Below are positions 55,649 through 63,943 of a DNA stretch of 64,000 bases, one piece after another. A program made the position numbers and the translations under genes. The stretch spans positions 1 to 64,000 of the IMG/VR virus record IMGVR_UViG_2744054895_000002; one strand, 5' to 3'. The notes beneath the pieces were generated by a model that saw only the letters and a list, made by a program, of their open reading frames with translations, did no database searches and had not been told where the DNA came from. This DNA is from a virus. Lineage: Duplodnaviria > Caudoviricetes. Within the stretch, counting starts at the first letter, position 1. Each line of letters begins with the position of its first letter.

Positions 55649-56779
55649 ATGTCCGTAGCCACCATCGTTGACGGTGTTGCACCCTCCATCTGGGACGCCG
55701 CCCACGACGTCGACGCCCGGCGCCCCCGCTCCCTACAGACTCAGCTCGGGGCATCCGACACCGTGTGCGGCCGACGCGCCGCCTACATCCTGCATGGCGT
55801 CACCCCGACCGATCACGCTGACAAGCGCGCCGCGATCCTCGGCACGTTCATCCACTACGGCCTGCTGGAGTCGGCGCGCACGGAGTACAGATGGCTGGTT
55901 GAGCGCAGCGTTCAGGACGACCTGATCCGGGGCCACGTCGATGTCGTCCAGCTCGACGCGGCGACGGCCGCGCGCCTGCCTGCCCGGCACAGACCGGCGA
56001 TACCCGCCGATGTGCTCACCGTGGAGGACGTCAAGACAAAGTCCACGTACATGTGGGACCGCGTCCTGCGCTACGGCGCCACGGCCGCCGAGTTGCGACA
56101 GGTGCACCTCTACGCGGGCGCGCTGTACGAGGAGGGGTTCGAGGACATACCCGGCCAGCGATATTTATCCCGCCTGGGGTCACTGGATATCGGCCGTATC
56201 CGCTTCCGTTTCATCAACCGCGACAGCGGCGCGGAGCACATCCAGGAGATCGACTTCGACCCCCAGCGGGCTGCCGAGGCCCGGTGGTGGGTGGAGCGTG
56301 TGCGCGAGACCAGCGACCCCGAAGAGATGCCGCGTGACTTCAACGGGCCGGGTCTGGACACCATCTGTGACTACTGCCCATTCCGTTCCCTGTGCTGGCC
56401 CGGGACAGCTCCGGGCGCACCGGAGCAGACGGCCCTCATTCACAACGACGCCGACCGAGAGCAGGCGCTCATCGACTACGTGAAGGGACACGAACTCGCC
56501 AGCGAGGGCGACCGGATCAAGAAGTTCGCACGGAAGAAGCTGGACCAGTCCCCGGCCGGAGTCTACGGGCCCAACAGGCTGTCCTGGCGTGGTGGGAACG
56601 ATGAGGAGAAGGACGACGTGGAGGCCATGGTCGACCTTCACGAGATGGCTGGCATCCCAGTGCCGATGAAGCCGGACACCGATCGCATGGTCAAGAACCT
56701 CAAGGCGGCTGGGCTGGCTGTCCCGCGGCGGAAGACCGGCAAGAAGACGGCTCTCGTCATCAACGTCGGCCCGGCCTGA
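55649..56779 (+). CDS. PD-(D/E)xK (RecB/Cas4-like) exonuclease
   Basis: GASDTVC, GTFIH, GHVD, EDVKT, QVHLY, CDYCPFRSLC. Confidence 0.85.
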   Translation: MSVATIVDGVAPSIWDAAHDVDARRPRSLQTQLGASDTVCGRRAAYILHGVTPTDHADKRAAILGTFIHYGLLESARTEYRWLVERSVQDDLIRGHVDVVQLDAATAARLPARHRPAIPADVLTVEDVKTKSTYMWDRVLRYGATAAELRQVHLYAGALYEEGFEDIPGQRYLSRLGSLDIGRIRFRFINRDSGAEHIQEIDFDPQRAAEARWWVERVRETSDPEEMPRDFNGPGLDTICDYCPFRSLCWPGTAPGAPEQTALIHNDADREQALIDYVKGHELASEGDRIKKFARKKLDQSPAGVYGPNRLSWRGGNDEEKDDVEAMVDLHEMAGIPVPMKPDTDRMVKNLKAAGLAVPRRKTGKKTALVINVGPA

Positions 56780-56798
56780 CCCGGGTCCCATCACCTCT

Positions 56799-56827
56799 CG
56801 CCCCGCCCGTCAACGACGGGCGGGGCG
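56799..56827 (+). terminator. Stem-loop before the replication gene
   Basis: CGCCCCGCCCGTC-aac-GACGGGCGGGGCG. Confidence 0.55.
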
Positions 56828-56866
56828 TCCCGCCTGCCCCCACGCCCGTACCGCCCAAGGGGAACC

Positions 56867-57847
56867 GTGTCCATCCAACTGATGATCGCTGCGGCGTACT
56901 TGCCACCTGATGTGCTCAGCCAGAGCCAGAAACTCGCCCTCATGAAGATTGCGGACAGCGCCGACGATGAAACACGCCTCGCTCGGCCTGGTCTCACTCG
57001 CCTTGCCGCCTGGGTCGGCGTGACCGACAAACGCGCCATCACCGTCGTCACGGAGCTGATAGCCAAGGGGCTCGTCGAACGTGTCGAGACCGGCAAGGCG
57101 GGCCGCGCTGCGGTCTACCGGGTCTTCCCGCTCGGCGTACCGCCCACGCCGACCACACCGGAACTCAAGGCGGCTGCGGAGGCCCGTAAGGCCGCCCCCA
57201 GGAACCCCCGCAAGGCCCGTTCCGGTGTGGTGCGTTCGGCTCCGGCCAAGCCCGCCATGACGTATCAGGACGTCGAAGCCCGTGAGGCTGAGCGGCAGCA
57301 GGAGGCTGGAAAGGCGCAGGCAGAGGCAGGGTTCCAGGCGGGGAACCCAGAGGAAGAGGCAGGGTTCCACGGGGGGAACCCGGAGGCGTCAGATGGCCGG
57401 GTTCCACCTGTGGAACCCGATGAGTTTCACGGGGGGAACCCACTGGGTTCCAGTGGTGAAACCCCTTCCTTTCCTGGTTCTTCCTCTGTTCTTCCTTTCC
57501 CCCCTACCCCCACGGCTGACGCCGTAGGGGAGCCTGCGCCCGCTCCGGCAGACGCCCTGACGCCGGACCGCGAGGCGCCGCAGAAGGGCTGCGCGAGGCA
57601 CCGTGGGCGCCCCGCCGCATCCTGTCGTGGATGCGGCACCAACCCGCGTGCAGGACGCGAGAGAGAGCGGGAGGGAGCCAAGGCGGCGGAGCACCAGGCG
57701 CACGGGCGCTTCTGGGATGAGTGGCACGAGGATGCGGCCAGCCGCCGCCAACGGGTCGAGGAACACCGGGAGTCTGTGGATGCCGCCCGCAGAGCTGCGC
57801 GCGAGGCGGTGCGTGAGTCCAAGGCTCGCAGACAGCAAAAAACTTAG
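56867..57847 (+). CDS. Replication initiator (N-terminal wHTH, lambda O-like architecture)
   Basis: KLALMKIADSADD..PGLTRLAAWVG..LIAKGLV HTH; internal iterons; C-terminal CARH..CRGC. Confidence 0.75.
   Translation: MSIQLMIAAAYLPPDVLSQSQKLALMKIADSADDETRLARPGLTRLAAWVGVTDKRAITVVTELIAKGLVERVETGKAGRAAVYRVFPLGVPPTPTTPELKAAAEARKAAPRNPRKARSGVVRSAPAKPAMTYQDVEAREAERQQEAGKAQAEAGFQAGNPEEEAGFHGGNPEASDGRVPPVEPDEFHGGNPLGSSGETPSFPGSSSVLPFPPTPTADAVGEPAPAPADALTPDREAPQKGCARHRGRPAASCRGCGTNPRAGREREREGAKAAEHQAHGRFWDEWHEDAASRRQRVEEHRESVDAARRAAREAVRESKARRQQKT
57329..57464. repeat. Five 20-bp palindromic iterons GGGTTCC-N6-GGAACCC (putative origin)
   Basis: Copies start at 57329, 57362, 57399, 57422 and 57445 (last two imperfect), followed by a pyrimidine-rich tract. 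Confidence 0.85.
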
Positions 57848-57876
57848 GCTTCCGAATGAATATTTCGCCAGGAATC

Positions 57877-57910
57877 TGGACACCCTTAGATTTGCATATA
57901 GAATAGAACC
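57877..57910 (+). promoter_or_regulatory. Early promoter/operator copy 3
   Basis: TGCATATAGAATAGAACC at 57893; TGGACA upstream. Confidence 0.75.
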
Positions 57911-57951
57911 AGAAAGAGGGGGAAAGGCTCCCTCGTAACCGGAAGGACGAC

Positions 57952-58380
57952 ATGAGCTACCTGCCCACCCTTCGCCGCGAGCACAAGGGCGCGATCGTGC
58001 TTGACGGCAGCGCCGCCGCGCACGAGCAGATCCGTACCCTCGCCGACCTCTACCGTGAAGACCCCGAGGGTATCGGCGACATGCTCATCCAGATCGCCGA
58101 CCTCGGAGGTCAGGTCGAGTGTGAGCGCGCCCTCGACGGCCTCGGCCACGCCGAGCACGTGCGTGACGAGATCGTCGGCGAGCTCCTCGGCGAGCTCGGC
58201 GGCGCGGAGATCCACCTCGACCCCCGCGACAATCACCATGCCCTCATGCAGGTGCGCAGCCTCGCCCACCAGGCGCGGCACATCGCCGACGCGGCTCAGC
58301 GTCGCGTCGACGAGCTGGTGGTCCTGACCGCCGTCGCCCGAGGGGTGCGAGAGGGGTGTCGGAGGCCCCCTGTCGGCTAG
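57952..58380 (+). CDS. Hypothetical protein
   Basis: ATG after GGAAGGA, downstream of promoter copy 3. Confidence 0.7.
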   Translation: MSYLPTLRREHKGAIVLDGSAAAHEQIRTLADLYREDPEGIGDMLIQIADLGGQVECERALDGLGHAEHVRDEIVGELLGELGGAEIHLDPRDNHHALMQVRSLAHQARHIADAAQRRVDELVVLTAVARGVREGCRRPPVG

Positions 58381-58460
58381 TCGCAGCTGCTTCAACCCGT
58401 TCCAAAGTAGATCCCAACTCTGTACTGTTCGACGGCATAAGACCTCTTGGAGAGAAGACC

Positions 58461-59114
58461 GTGAGCAACGACCTCGCGCAGATGGCCCCGATGCCCGTGC
58501 ACGGCAACACCGATGACCCGCTGTGGCGCAAGCTGTGGAACGCCTACGAGCCGATCATCACCGCGCTGCGTCGCATCCCGCTCGTCACGGACGTCGAGAT
58601 CTCCGGTGGCATGTTCGGCATCACCGCACAACTCACCGACGGTTCGCATCTGTGGATCTCGTCGGTCGGGGAACTGCCCATCGACCCCGATGACCCGGAG
58701 GGTTTCCACGTCCGGCGCGCACACGAGGACAACCCGACCATCGACGAGATGGTCTACGACTCCACCGAGGACGGCGAACACTCCCAGCACGGAAACAACC
58801 TCGTTTCCCTCATCCAGGCCATCACCGCCTTCGTCACCGAACGGCGCCTGGCCCCTCGGCTCATCGATCTGGTCGCCGTACAGGTCCAGGGTGTCTCGGC
58901 GAAGCACCAGCCGCTGTCCCAGCTGATCCAGGGCCCGTTCGACGATCGCCACGCGGCCGTCAAAGAGTACGGCTACGCCACCCGCGACCTGATGCAGCGC
59001 GGCTGGCGGTGCATCCACGAACAGGGCGGAACCGAATGGCCGCTCACCGTCTGGGAGCGGAACGGCGAGGTCGCCACCGTCTACCTCGCCCACGTCGGCC
59101 AGATCACTGCCTGA
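58461..59114 (+). CDS. Hypothetical protein
   Basis: GTG after GACCTCTTGGAG; high-GC3 codons. Confidence 0.7.
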   Translation: MSNDLAQMAPMPVHGNTDDPLWRKLWNAYEPIITALRRIPLVTDVEISGGMFGITAQLTDGSHLWISSVGELPIDPDDPEGFHVRRAHEDNPTIDEMVYDSTEDGEHSQHGNNLVSLIQAITAFVTERRLAPRLIDLVAVQVQGVSAKHQPLSQLIQGPFDDRHAAVKEYGYATRDLMQRGWRCIHEQGGTEWPLTVWERNGEVATVYLAHVGQITA

Positions 59115-59269
59115 TGACCGTCATCCACGCGCTGCTCGTGCTCGCCATCGGCGCCTCCGTCGGCCTCGCCGCGCTCGTCGTGGGCGAACTCCGCTGGGAA
59201 GCCCGCAACCGGATTCCGCGGTGCACCACCTGCGGCAAACAGCACCGCCGCCACGCCGCCCACCGCTGA
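59114..59269 (+). CDS. Small membrane protein with CxxC..H tail
   Basis: TGATG coupling; N-terminal TM helix. Confidence 0.55.
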   Translation: MTVIHALLVLAIGASVGLAALVVGELRWEARNRIPRCTTCGKQHRRHAAHR

Positions 59270-59329
59270 ACACTGCCCGGCCCGGCTTGATGCCGGGCCG
59301 GGCAGTCGAAGACCTCTTGGAGAAACCCC

Positions 59330-59812
59330 GTGGGATACGACATCTACATCCTGACCCCTGATGGCAAGCGCGCCGAAGGGGACGAGAACCACTTCCGCTT
59401 CGCGTGGACCGCGATGCCACGCACCCTCGACGCGATGAACAACTTCGGGATGCTTGTCGAGCTACCCGTTCCCTCCTACCCGGCCCTGTCCGCCTACGGG
59501 CTGACGCGTGAGGACTTTCAGCCGGGCACCCAGCCCGACCAGGCCACGGCGAACCGCATCGCCGAGTATCGAGCCGCATACCTGGCCGTCAAGGACGCCT
59601 CCGAGTCCACGCCTCGGGGCATCCCCGCCTACAAGCTCAGGTACAACGACGGCTTCCTGGTCACCGTCGCCGAGATCACAGCCGCCCTGTCCACTTACGA
59701 GGCCCATCCGCACGTGGACATCGCCGAGATGCCCGTCGGCGACCCCACCTGGCGGCAGTGGATGACCTTCCTGCGCCGGGCCAAAGAGCACGGCGGCCTC
59801 CGCACTCACTGA
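59330..59812 (+). CDS. Hypothetical protein
   Basis: GTG after GACCTCTTGGAG; MGYDIYI N-terminus. Confidence 0.7.
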   Translation: MGYDIYILTPDGKRAEGDENHFRFAWTAMPRTLDAMNNFGMLVELPVPSYPALSAYGLTREDFQPGTQPDQATANRIAEYRAAYLAVKDASESTPRGIPAYKLRYNDGFLVTVAEITAALSTYEAHPHVDIAEMPVGDPTWRQWMTFLRRAKEHGGLRTH

Positions 59813-59881
59813 TCCCGGCCATCGCCCGGCCCCGCAGACGCGGGGCCGGGCTCGCAGACCTCTTGGGAAACGACCACCACC

Positions 59882-61378
59882 ATGGCCACAGTCATCGACC
59901 TGCTGTGTGGTGCAGGCGGCAGCAGCACCGGGCTCGTCGAAGCCGGGTACGAACTGATCCTCGGCATCAACCACTGGAAACTCGCCATCGAGACGCACGC
60001 CGCCAACCACCGCAACGCCGACCATGCCTGCATCGACATCTCCGGCTTCCCGATGCGCTACCTGCCCAACGCCGATGTCCTGTGGGCATCGGTCATCTGC
60101 ACCGAGATCAGCCCCGCGGGCGGGCGGCGGCGCGAGACCAATCAGATGGACCTGCTCGGCCTGATCGACGAGGGCGAGGACTGGGAGGCCCTGACCAAGG
60201 ACGCCTTCGAACGAACCCGGGTCACCGGCTGGTGCGTCGTACGGGCAGCCGAGGCCAAACGGTTCAAAGCCATCGTCGTCGAGAACGTTGTCGAATTCGG
60301 CCTCGACTGGATCTTGTTCCCGAAATGGCTCGAAGCCATGGAACTACTCGGCTACCAGTACCAAATCGTGTGCGTCAGCAGCGCCCACATCGGTGACGAC
60401 GTCAACCTGCGCGCCCCGCAGTGGCGCGACCGGATGTACATCGTCTTCACGCTCAAGACCATGCGGAAGCCCGACCTGGAGCCCAGGCCGCTCGCGCCGT
60501 GCGTGGACTGTGGCGAGGACGTGCACGCCGTCCAGTCCTGGAACGTCGAAGGAATGCGGATCGGGAAATACCGGCGGGACTACATCTATCGCTGTCCCAA
60601 CGCCCGCTGCCGCCACGCCATGGTCGAGCCGTACGTCCGCCCGGCCAGCGACATCATCAACTGGGACGACCTCGGGACCCGGATCGGTGACCGCAAGAAG
60701 CCACTCGCTGACACGACCATGGACCGTATTCGTGCGGGCCTCATCAAGTTTCCCTACCGTCCCAGCTCGATCACGCTCACCCACGGCAAGGACGGCGGAG
60801 ACAGGGCGTACGCCGTCGAAGACCGGCCGCTGCCCACGCGCACGGCCAAGCAGGGCGACGCGCTCCTGGTGCCGACTGGCGGCTCGTGGAACACCGAAGC
60901 CGTCCCCGTCGACGTACCGCTGCGCACGCGCACCACTCGGGAAAGCGAAGCCCTGCTGACGGTGGACCCCTTCATCGTCGAGTTCCGCAATCACGCCACG
61001 GCCAGCCCCGCCAGCAACCCGCTCGCCGGGATCACAGCGAAGGGCAACCATCACGGCCTGGTCACCCATGCCGGCCGAGTGCCCGAGCAAGCCAGAAACA
61101 CCCTCGTCGTGCCGTACCGCAAGGCTGCGGTGAAGACGGCCGCCGAACCCGTCCACACCCTCTCCACCCGCGACTCGGCCGCCCTGGTGCGCAGTGCCCC
61201 GGACATCAACGACTGCTATTTCCGGATGCTCAAGCCCCGCGAACAGCTCGAAGGGCAGCGGTTCCCCGCAAAGTACGTCGTCTACGGCAACCAGGCCGAG
61301 CAGACCATGCAGGCAGGCAACGCGGTCTCGGTGAACGTCGCCAGGTGGATAGGCAAGCGATTGGAGCCCATCCTGTGA
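59882..61378 (+). CDS. DNA (cytosine-5)-methyltransferase
   Basis: Motif I DLLCGAGG, motif IV Cys (ASVIC), motif VI ENV, motif VIII PQWRDR, motif X QAGNAV; Zn-finger insert. Confidence 0.9.
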   Translation: MATVIDLLCGAGGSSTGLVEAGYELILGINHWKLAIETHAANHRNADHACIDISGFPMRYLPNADVLWASVICTEISPAGGRRRETNQMDLLGLIDEGEDWEALTKDAFERTRVTGWCVVRAAEAKRFKAIVVENVVEFGLDWILFPKWLEAMELLGYQYQIVCVSSAHIGDDVNLRAPQWRDRMYIVFTLKTMRKPDLEPRPLAPCVDCGEDVHAVQSWNVEGMRIGKYRRDYIYRCPNARCRHAMVEPYVRPASDIINWDDLGTRIGDRKKPLADTTMDRIRAGLIKFPYRPSSITLTHGKDGGDRAYAVEDRPLPTRTAKQGDALLVPTGGSWNTEAVPVDVPLRTRTTRESEALLTVDPFIVEFRNHATASPASNPLAGITAKGNHHGLVTHAGRVPEQARNTLVVPYRKAAVKTAAEPVHTLSTRDSAALVRSAPDINDCYFRMLKPREQLEGQRFPAKYVVYGNQAEQTMQAGNAVSVNVARWIGKRLEPIL

Positions 61379-61827
61379 CCGGATCACGCCGTGCCCTGCC
61401 CGGCACCCACGTCACCGACCACGCCCCGTGCTGGGGCGATCCGGACTTCGCCGTAGCCGACAGCCGGTGGAAGACCGGCAAGGACCTGGTCGCCATCTGC
61501 GAACCCGTCCTGTACGTCTGCGGCGGCTGCCCCTTCCGGGCAGAGTGCATCCGGCAGGTCGGCCCTGCCAAGAACGAGTTCGACGGCGTGTGCGGCGGCC
61601 GGATCTGGCTCAACGGCGTGATCGTCCACGCCCTGCCGGACGCCGACCCCTCCGAGCTCCCACCGCCGGTCATCCGCAAGTCCTGCGGCACCGCCGCCGG
61701 GTCTCGGGCTCACCGGCGTGCCGTCGAGCAGCAGTGCCCCCAATGCGAGCCCTTCTACCAGCCCGGCCCCAACCCCCTGGACGCCGAGGACGGCGCGCAG
61801 CAACTCGAACTCCCCAACATCGCCTGA
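61375..61827 (+). CDS. WhiB-like transcription factor with extra C-terminal Zn finger
   Basis: C..CGGC..C followed by DGVCGG (variant of GVWGG); CGT..H..CPQC tail; GTGA coupling. Confidence 0.65.
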   Translation: MTGSRRALPGTHVTDHAPCWGDPDFAVADSRWKTGKDLVAICEPVLYVCGGCPFRAECIRQVGPAKNEFDGVCGGRIWLNGVIVHALPDADPSELPPPVIRKSCGTAAGSRAHRRAVEQQCPQCEPFYQPGPNPLDAEDGAQQLELPNIA

Positions 61828-61959
61828 ACCATCGAAGGAGAAACACTCCGTGCTTGAAGACCGATCGATGCGCGAACTCCTCGGCCCAGTCGCGGCCGCG
61901 GCGCTCATCGCTCAGCTCAACCCCGATCTGCCCGCCCAGCCGGATCAGGACGGCAGAGC

Positions 61960-62184
61960 GTGACCGGCCTGCTCGCCGTACTCATCCTCCTCGGCTGGCT
62001 CGCCGGAATCATCTTCCTGGCCGGTGTCTTCTCCTCACTGCTCGCCAACGAACCGTTGCTGGGCCTCGTCGCCCGACTGTGGCCCGTTGCGCTCGCCCTG
62101 TACCTCGCTGTCGTCGCCGTCTTCTGGCCCGCGGTTGTTGTCGCCAAGGTCGTCGATGCGCTGGTGAATCGGGAACGCCCATGA
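61960..62184 (+). CDS. Small membrane protein
   Basis: Two hydrophobic helices; overlaps neighbours by 4 nt. Confidence 0.55.
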   Translation: MTGLLAVLILLGWLAGIIFLAGVFSSLLANEPLLGLVARLWPVALALYLAVVAVFWPAVVVAKVVDALVNRERP

Positions 62185-62867
62185 ACCACATACGGACGGG
62201 CCGCATCTTCGCGGCCTGCCATCCGCAGGACACCGCTCGCATTCGCATCGTGCGTTACAAGGAAGGGGACGTGCGCGCCCTGGTCGCCGATGCTGCGACT
62301 GGCGCACGTCAACGCCTCATCCTCGCCTCCAGCCTGCACGCCGAGCCCTTCACTGCGTCGGGCAGCAAGCGCAGGAGCGGATATGCGCCTGAGGACACAC
62401 CAGCGAACGACGCGTCGGCGGCAGCCGTGCAGCTGGCACAGCCCGCTGCCGAGACGACGGATTGGTTCGAGGGGATGCCAGGGCGCCGGTTCCGCGTGGC
62501 CATGCCCTCGCGCCTGCTGCTCTTGAACTCCAACCAGCGCCTTCACCACCATCGGCGGGCCGACATCACGAGAGTCCCACGGCGTGCGGCGTGGGCTGCT
62601 TCGAGGGGTGTTCCGCATCTGGAGCGCGTCCACATCATCGGCGTGCTGCACCCCGAGGATCAGCAGCGCAGAGACCCCGCCAACTGGTACCCGAGCTTCA
62701 AAGCGTGCGTCGACGGGCTCGTGGACCAGGGCGTTCTGGACGACGACGACCACACGAGGGTGCTAGGGCCGGACATGAGGCTCGGGCACATGGTCAGCGG
62801 TTCACGCCTCGTACTCCACATCCGGGAACTCGCAGACGCCGAAGCCGCCCCTGAGCTGCGGAAATAG
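62181..62867 (+). CDS. RusA-like Holliday junction resolvase with N-terminal extension
   Basis: RRDPANW..KACVDGLVDQGVLDDDD RusA-type acidic motif. Confidence 0.7.
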   Translation: MNHIRTGRIFAACHPQDTARIRIVRYKEGDVRALVADAATGARQRLILASSLHAEPFTASGSKRRSGYAPEDTPANDASAAAVQLAQPAAETTDWFEGMPGRRFRVAMPSRLLLLNSNQRLHHHRRADITRVPRRAAWAASRGVPHLERVHIIGVLHPEDQQRRDPANWYPSFKACVDGLVDQGVLDDDDHTRVLGPDMRLGHMVSGSRLVLHIRELADAEAAPELRK

Positions 62868-62901
62868 CTCCTCTTTCGATCAAGAATATCCGCCCGAAAT
62901 C

Positions 62902-62935
62902 TTGCAAACCCTCCTAGTGCATATAGAATAGAACC
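62902..62935 (+). promoter_or_regulatory. Early promoter/operator copy 4
   Basis: TGCATATAGAATAGAACC at 62918; TTGCAA upstream. Confidence 0.75.
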
Positions 62936-63026
62936 TACAAAGAGGGAAACCCCCTCCGTAACTCCGCCCGGCGGCCGGCACAGAGTGACCCGGCCGCCGG
63001 GCGGACCTACGCCAAGGAGTCCAAAC

Positions 63027-63434
63027 GTGACACCGTTAGACCCCTGTCCGATCGCAGATCGCCAGGTCTGCCTGGCCACGCGCGACCTCGCGCGCGCCGT
63101 GCTGCGGCGGCTGAGTGTGACCGCGGCTGGGATCGAGCCGCGCATCAAGACCATCGTCGCCACTCGGGCCGACGACTTCATGGGCTACGACCTGTGGCGC
63201 CTGCATGGGAGCGACGGGCGGCTCCTTCTTCGGTTCGACCTGCTCAAGAACCCGGGCGCCGAGTGGGTCAAGCTCGCCGCCGACGTGTCGCTCCTCGCCC
63301 GGCTGGCCGACCTGCGAAACCACCCGCCCGGCTACTACTACGTCCACCCTCTGTCCGACCCCCGCGACGTCGCCATCCCTCTGCCCTCCAATCCGCGCGG
63401 CCTCGCTCCCCGCGCGATCGGACCGCTCCCGTGA
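63027..63434 (+). CDS. Hypothetical protein
   Basis: GTG after AAGGAG. Confidence 0.6.
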   Translation: MTPLDPCPIADRQVCLATRDLARAVLRRLSVTAAGIEPRIKTIVATRADDFMGYDLWRLHGSDGRLLLRFDLLKNPGAEWVKLAADVSLLARLADLRNHPPGYYYVHPLSDPRDVAIPLPSNPRGLAPRAIGPLP

Positions 63435-63560
63435 TCGCCACGGCCTCGGCCGCGGACTTCGCCCAGCTCTGACCCCTGCTCGTTCGCAACCAACGCCGCA
63501 CCATTCCCCGAATGCACATAGAAAAGAAGCATTCGGGAACTCACGCCACCGGAGGCATCC

Positions 63561-63908
63561 ATGCCCGCCCGTCCCTCGATTCCGGTCATCGACACACCGG
63601 AACACCACTTCGCCGCCATGCTCCTGGTCATCCTCACTCGGTCGCCCGACAACGCTGCCCTTCGCGCCGCCGCCAGCCTCGCGGACAACGCCGCAATCGC
63701 GTCCTGGGCGCTGCGTCCGGACCACCTCGTGGCGCTCACCGTCGAGCAGTACCGGCAGCTTCTCGACTACGCCGCCGCTCCCCAAGTCCTCGACCTGGCC
63801 CTGTACCTCGGCGGCGACAGACGGCAGCTCCGCACCCTCATGGACCAGATCGCCCGTGAGATCGCCGAACTACTCACCCACTACGCCCGGCCGAGCATGC
63901 AGGGATAA
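63561..63908 (+). CDS. Hypothetical protein
   Basis: ATG after GGAGG. Confidence 0.65.
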   Translation: MPARPSIPVIDTPEHHFAAMLLVILTRSPDNAALRAAASLADNAAIASWALRPDHLVALTVEQYRQLLDYAAAPQVLDLALYLGGDRRQLRTLMDQIAREIAELLTHYARPSMQG

Positions 63909-63943
63909 CCGGCCGTCAACCAGCAACGCCACGAAGGAGAACA

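Noticed and set aside
55649-56779. Cas4-like nuclease plus the Cas3-like fragment as a CRISPR-Cas system
   Set aside because: They are 43 kb apart, with no cas1/cas2/Cascade genes or array; Cas4-like exonucleases are common in phage recombination modules.
57329-57464. Palindromic repeats as a mini-CRISPR
   Set aside because: Gaps between units are 3-17 bp and irregular, and the array is in frame within a replication gene; iterons fit better.
4810-61387. Many long antisense ORFs (e.g. 4810..5817, 17801..19078, 29108..30367, 33939..35270, 54415..55689, 60344..61387)
   Set aside because: They mirror well-supported genes on the other strand, as expected in high-GC DNA with few stop codons.
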